Below are positions 58,171 to 64,000 of a stretch of DNA of 64,000 nt, in pieces (the first letter of the stretch is position 1; every line of letters begins with the position of its first letter). Position numbers and translations under genes: made by a program. Source of the DNA: Auanema rhodensis (Eukaryota > Animalia > Nematoda); contig OZ059899.1 in the NCBI GenBank assembly GCA_964057225.1, positions 16,554,001 through 16,618,000 of the forward strand, in the 5' to 3' direction. The notes under the pieces were generated by a model. The model was given only the letters and a program-made list of their open reading frames with translations, was not told the origin of the DNA and did not search any database.

Positions 58171-59058
58171 TTGATCATTATCCTCGAATACTGATCATTG
58201 TCGTCATCATATTGATAATGATTACGATCAGCATCACCAGCCTTGCAATTTCAAACTTTTTTTGGGAAACTTAATTCGTTAAAAATGAAAATAAGTTTTG
58301 GTTTCGTTTTACGATCCCGAAAGCTTTGTCACACGCAAGATAAACTGAGGTTATACGTTGGAACATTATGTGAAAATCGAGATGGATCTTTGCAAAACTG
58401 AAAGAAACATAGATTTCATCAGCATGATACCGATATATAAGCTTGAATAAAGTGTCATACGATAGTTTAACGATGTCTTTCCAGCCGACACTATCATCAC
58501 TCTGTCACCGCATCTTCGCCAATATACTTCGTATTGAAGAGTCGTCAACGGCATTGCATTCCGATTTGATTTCGATAACTTAAATTGGAAATTCATATTG
58601 AGTCTTCTTCTATATATGCCTGTATCTCAACATCAGCATCATGGCGGTATATACCTGCTGGCGTTCTAATTAGATTTGACTTTCAGATAGGAAGAACCGT
58701 GCGGCAAATAGCTTTCTCCAAACTGACAGCCGGCCAATTAACACACAGGAGATGAGCAGATCCAATGAATTGATAATTAGACGTCCAGTTTGTGATGCAC
58801 CGATTGCCTGGTCCATAACGTATTTGAAATAAGAGATAGTGAAACGAATTATGGGAGCAGATTCATCAAACATGCACTCTGTACATAGTATATACAATTA
58901 AAAGACATCAATCACAGTCAAAATGACTAAACAATGTAAAATAAACGGTATATGCTTGAGAAAAAACTGCCAAACATGGCATACACATTGTTTTGTGAAG
59001 AAAAAAAAAAGGAAAATACAGTTATGGGTAGTATACAAATGGTTGAGGCTGGACGGTC

Positions 59059-59211
59059 TGTTTACCTATTAAACCTAAATGTGATACATGCTTGTGCTTT
59101 GATATCTGTCCCGCATCTACAGCTAAAGTAGAACCGTTAACATGAAATCAAATCTGAATTAATTTATTTTAGAAGAAGATGAAGATTAAAGTCGAGGAGG
59201 AGTCTCATAAT
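59059..59211 (+). pseudogene. Inverted 153-bp genomic copy of nth-1 (62527-62679), including its last intron
   Basis: Base-by-base match to the reverse complement of 62527-62679; no mismatch seen. Confidence 0.95.
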
Positions 59212-59435
59212 TTTTCTCCTTTCTCTTCCTCACTGTGACAGAGCACAATCACACATTTGCTCCATTTGAACTATACACACGCGATCCGACACGCAAATGC
59301 GTTAGGATAGAGTGGAAGGCAGAACTGAATGGAATGAATGAATTTTCTTCTTTATCGGTAATTATTTCGTTGTCAATTTAATAAAAATTTATTACATTAT
59401 GTGTGAACATTAACAAAAAAGCAAAGAAAATGCGA

Positions 59436-59543
59436 TAAAGCATCTCTCATAAAGACACCTCGGAAATTCTTAATCGTTAATGTGTCTACTAATTCAATGA
59501 GATCATAATTTATCAGAGGTTTCAGATTTTTGGAAAAGTTCAT
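59436..59543 (-). pseudogene. Maverick adenain-like protease, N-terminal fragment
   Basis: MNFSKNLKPLINYDLIELVDTLTIKNFRGVFMRDAL; FRGVFMRD is typical of Polinton proteases. Confidence 0.8.
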
Positions 59544-59763
59544 TTAATAGCAATAAAAACAATAAATACAAGTGAAAAATTGAAAATGGGCAAAATGGTC
59601 ACTTCTACGTCCAACCCAAAAAGTGACGTTTTTCAAAAATGACTGATTTTCGATGAGCTTAGACCCTTTTTTGATGAAAATAAACGTTAAAATAGTAAAA
59701 AAAGTGCAAAAAATATCATTTAAGCAAAATGACCGTCCAGCGTCAATCATTTGTATACTACTG

Positions 59764-62196
59764 TTATGTATTGGTGAAAAATCGCTTGATGCCTCGTTTT
59801 TCTGCTGTCGCCATTGAGTGACTCTTCGACGAAGACGAAGATTTTGATGATTTTTGAGATGGTTTCACTGCTGCTTTAGCTTTTTCCTTCTCAACAACTG
59901 GCTTCACAACCAATGTTTCACCACGTAACACTTCGGAGTTAAGGCATTCATCTATATGCTGATTGATTTTGTCGTTATCTCCTCTCATCTTCTTTGAACA
60001 AATTGGACACACAATTACATCTGAAGCATCTGAAGATTCTTCAGATGTTGGTTCATCTACTACTAGAGTATCAGATGAAGTCGAGGGACCCGGACAAGAT
60101 TCAATAACAGCAATATCGTCATTGTCTTCATCTTGAGCAAGCTTAACTCGTTTTGCATTCTCAAAATAATCCAAAACCTGGAAATTAGAAAAATTGAGCA
60201 TTTCTTCAAGAAGCCCACAAAAACTGACAGTTTTTGAGCTCGAAGCAGATGTTCCATCATTGACGAACTTCAGCTGGCTCAAACGCACTCCTAACAGCCT
60301 CATTTCTTGACCTAATTCCTTCCGGAGAATATCCGAAGCCACAGAAAAAAGAACTAAACCAAAGAAGTACTTCAGCAGTACTTAAAACGTTTACCTTCTA
60401 AATCAGTTACAACTTCTGGCATAGTCTGAGATCTGGTCAGTACATCAAACGATGATAACTTGATTTTAACTGTTACGCATTTCCCACCTTTTATAAATAT
60501 AAATTATAAAAAAACATTTAAAACTTTACAAAAACCTAAGATGTAAGATTTCTTTCCAACATCTGCCATTAGTTCTTCACTAACTCTACGTAATACGAGC
60601 ATTAATTCAGATTCATATGATGTTGGTCTACATATGAAATAGATAGAAGACTATATTAATATTTAAACATACGAAAAAGTTCTTTCAACAGACATAGATT
60701 TCCTACGAGAATCTTCTGCCCTAGCTTTTCCAGGTAATCCTAATGCTATACGCAGAAATGATTCCTAAATTAATAAAATCTATTAATCATCATTGAAAAG
60801 TGAATTTACTTGAGCTGATGGTGAGAAAACAAATTTATAGACATTTCGTTTTTCAAGAAGATCTCCAACTGTGTTTACTCCACAAGCTACTAAATGAGCT
60901 TCTGAAACTCTTCCAATTCCAGAAACCTGAAAAGTATCAATTTTCCCTTAAAAAGCATTAAAAATCATGAGTTTCCAACCTTTCTAATTGGCAAATCTTT
61001 CAAAAATTCCATGATGATATTGTAATCGTTAGCTAATTCATATTGTCCATTTGGTTTATTTTTATCAGAACAGATCTTAGCTAGCATAAAGTTTGCAGCA
61101 ATCCCTACAACTACATATCAGTTTTGAACTTCATACATGCGATACCTGCACTACATGTGAGACCAGTTGCTTGCTCAACTTGGAACCGAATTTCTCTAAC
61201 CACCTGAGGTATGAGCATAATCAGAGATAATTTATCATAAAAAGTAACAAACCTCTCCTCGGGAGAAACCAAATTCCACAGAGTCTTGATATATTTTGCG
61301 CTCTTTGGAACATTTTCTACATGTTTCTGTGTATATTGTTAAGCCTTCAACTATTTCTTCAGGTTTAATCAAAGGCAGCCAGCATATGCAATCCCCTCCG
61401 TATCTTTTCCGAATCAAAACTTCTTAAATTATTATAAATATTATAAAAAATAACTATAAAGCAAACTATTTTCTGTCCGAGTTTCCAAGTATTCTGTTAA
61501 ATCTATGTAAGCTTCATCCAGTGACCCCATAGCCATATCCATATCATATGTAGCAAATATTTCTCCAAATATCTTAAATTATGAATAAAGAAATCAACAT
61601 AAATTAAAATCTGACTCGACTTTCTTTTCGATATTTATCATAACTTCCTTCTACAATTTCCAATTCTGGGCATAATCGTTTAGCAATGAAGCCGGGCATA
61701 GCGGCTCTAACTCCGTATTTTCTCGCAATGTAGTTCGAAGTTCCCTAAGGAAAAATAGTCAAAAACTGTTTAGAAGCTGAGGAATCTCCTAACCAGCATA
61801 GCAGATGATCCAACTGCCATCGGAATAGATCTTAGTCTAGGATCATCTCTCATTTCTACAGCAGCAAAATAGGCATCCATATCAATGTGAACACAATGTC
61901 TATTCAGATCACGAGTTGATTCCAACCTTGCTAACATTAGATCCATCTTTATATAATTTTTCTAGATATATTCAGCCAAACTAAGAGGAAAATACCTCTT
62001 TTGCAGCTTGTTTCCATTCATAATCTGTTACCTCTTCTAGTTTGTTTTTGATTTGACTAACTTTCTGATCAACTCGTTGCTGTTGCTTAGCAGTAAAGCT
62101 AGAATACTGAGCACTAGTATTCTCCGCTATCACTTTATTCACTTTCTCCTTGTCTATACCCTCCATACCCGCTTTATTCGGATTAAAATGTAACAT
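59764..62196 (-). CDS. polk-1: Y-family DNA polymerase kappa (multi-exon)
   Basis: [50 protein letters not shown] (CPIC...HIDECL), PIP-like GIKRFF. Confidence 0.95.
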
Positions 62197-62382
62197 TCTG
62201 TAACAGATCATTCCAGTATTCTACTCCTTATAAATCATATCATTATAATTAAATACAAGATATTCAACTGATAGTTTTTTTCATTTCATGTAAAACTCAA
62301 ACATTTTATTAAAACCACATCCACAAACAAATCCAACTGGTGATAATACACATATAAATCTTTTTCCTACATTAAATGCATT

Positions 62383-63763
62383 TCATTGTCTTCTATTAGC
62401 TCTTTTTCGAGGAATAATTTCGTCTTTATTATCTTCCTCCTTCACTTCTAATTTAGGATTTTCATTCTTGGGGCTGACACCATCATCATCATCATCTTCA
62501 TCAGTTTTTTCTTCATTTTTAATTTCATTATGAGACTCCTCCTCGACTTTAATCTTCATCTTCTTCTAAAATAAATTAATTCAGATTTGATTTCATGTTA
62601 ACGGTTCTACTTTAGCTGTAGATGCGGGACAGATATCAAAGCACAAGCATGTATCACATTTAGGTTTAATAGGTAAACATATTTGTTGGCCAAATCCAAC
62701 TAACAATGGATTTATCTTGCTCCATTCCTCTCTAAAAATATTTAAATTTTCAACTTATTCCTCTCAAAAATTACTTTGGAAGCATATTTTGAAGTTTAAC
62801 TCTCGTTTCTTCAGGGTTTTTAGTTTTCATCCATCCTAAAACAGCATCATAATTTTAGTAAAAATATTAAAATTTATTCCTAATCGATTGGCTATCCGAT
62901 GAACATGAGTATCTACAGCAATTCCTTCAACTTCACCCCATGCTACTTGCATAACCAAATGGCCCATTTTAGGCCCAACACCAGGCAATGAACAGAGTCT
63001 TAAAATCAAGAGAATAAGTAAATATTATATATTTCCGAGAAATAAAACACTTATCTTCTAATGTTCGTGGAATATCCCCTTTGAATTTTTCTTTTAAAAG
63101 AATGGCAGATTTTTGAATATACACTGCTTTCCTCTAATAACCCACTCGAAAGCAAATGAATAACTCAAACTAACTTTATAGAATCCTACTGGGCACAGGA
63201 GGGACTCTAATTCAGAAGTCTTAATATTGATCATAGAATCAACTGTACAACCATGTTCACGAAGACGCTAAGTATTAGGTCATCATTATCATAGTGATAC
63301 ATACAAATATACCATAATAGCAGCAGCAGTGATGTGATCTTTTGTTTGACTAGATAACATAAGTGATAGAAGAACTTGAAACCGAAAAACCTCAAAAATC
63401 TCTCATGGTACAAACTTATTACGTGTGCAAAAAACCTCTGGAGGTGCTAATGGATCAGCAAGCTTATGGCATCCCATTGTATCTACAGGAGCATCTTCAA
63501 CTTTTCGCATATCTCTTATACGTTCAACCTTTATAAAATATAAGCTTTTATTTATTATCAAATAAATATTTATGAAAAACCTGAGTCTTCCACACATCTT
63601 CAATATCCTCAGTTTTAAATACCGGAGATACCGCAAGTCTTTTCATGTCCTGGTTGTCTTTAAAACAATAAAGACAAGCCTTCTTAAAATTAAACCTAGT
63701 ATTAACCAAGTAATTTGTATTGAAATATTTTTGAAAAGATGTACGCAAACGATAAAGCATCAT
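62383..63763 (-). CDS. nth-1: Endonuclease III-like DNA glycosylase; alternative start at 63646
   Basis: [24 protein letters not shown] (HhH), [11 protein letters not shown]-x6-C-x2-C-x5-C Fe-S motif. Confidence 0.93.
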
Positions 63764-63818
63764 TATATTGGTGACAATATTCAAAAACTGAATTCAAATA
63801 ATCAAATATTCCACTCTA

Positions 63819-64000
63819 CTATAGTAATACATGAGTATTTCTATCCTTGTAATCACGCTTATCGTGAAAATCAACAGTATCACAAGTCATTTCATAATCA
63901 GAAACGCCAAACAAAAGGTCAAACAACAGAGAATTTGGAAAGGATGGCAAACTTTTGGCGGGAAGTTCATATAATATTATAGGTTTCATTGTGATTTTCA
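63819..64000 (-). CDS. Possible 3' exon of a gene running off the window end
   Basis: Open frame ...MKPIILYELPAKSLPSFPNSLLFDLLFGVSDYEMTCD...; no family recognised. Confidence 0.3.
   Translation of the reverse strand, partial: KITMKPIILYELPAKSLPSFPNSLLFDLLFGVSDYEMTCDTVDFHDKRDYKDRNTHVLL

Larger units (their letters stand above)
59027..59762. mobile_element. Non-autonomous mini-Maverick (736 bp) carrying a host gene fragment
   Basis: 6-bp TSD GTTATG (59021-59026 and 59763-59768); 31-bp TIR pair with 2 mismatches (59028-59058 and 59731-59761); right terminus reads AGTAGT on the - strand; contains a Maverick protease N-terminus. Confidence 0.88.

Overview
AT-rich nematode genomic DNA (about 40-55 nt introns, TTTCAG/TTTAAG-type acceptors, many (AG)n microsatellites). 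Host genes recognised from translated exons: ymel-1, a PEHE-domain KANSL1-like gene, hat-1, chl-1, an uncharacterised small gene, an AF4/FMR2 (affl) gene, stim-1, nifk-1, engrailed (ceh-16), polk-1 and nth-1. From memory, their C. elegans orthologues lie on chromosome III. Mobile DNA: a decayed DD34D mariner (37779-38997) and two related Maverick/Polinton derivatives. The first (about 2334-5700) keeps one terminus, integrase, PolB and adenain-protease remnants, plus an intron-containing cargo gene with a ubiquitin-like header and trypsin-fold protease domain. The second is a 736-bp mini-Maverick (59027-59762) with a 6-bp TSD, inserted at the polk-1 stop codon. It carries a perfect inverted 153-bp copy of the neighbouring nth-1 gene and a motif shared with the upstream region of the cargo protease. 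Exon boundaries were traced by eye and family assignments rest on motif recognition without database searches; gene starts marked approximate are uncertain.
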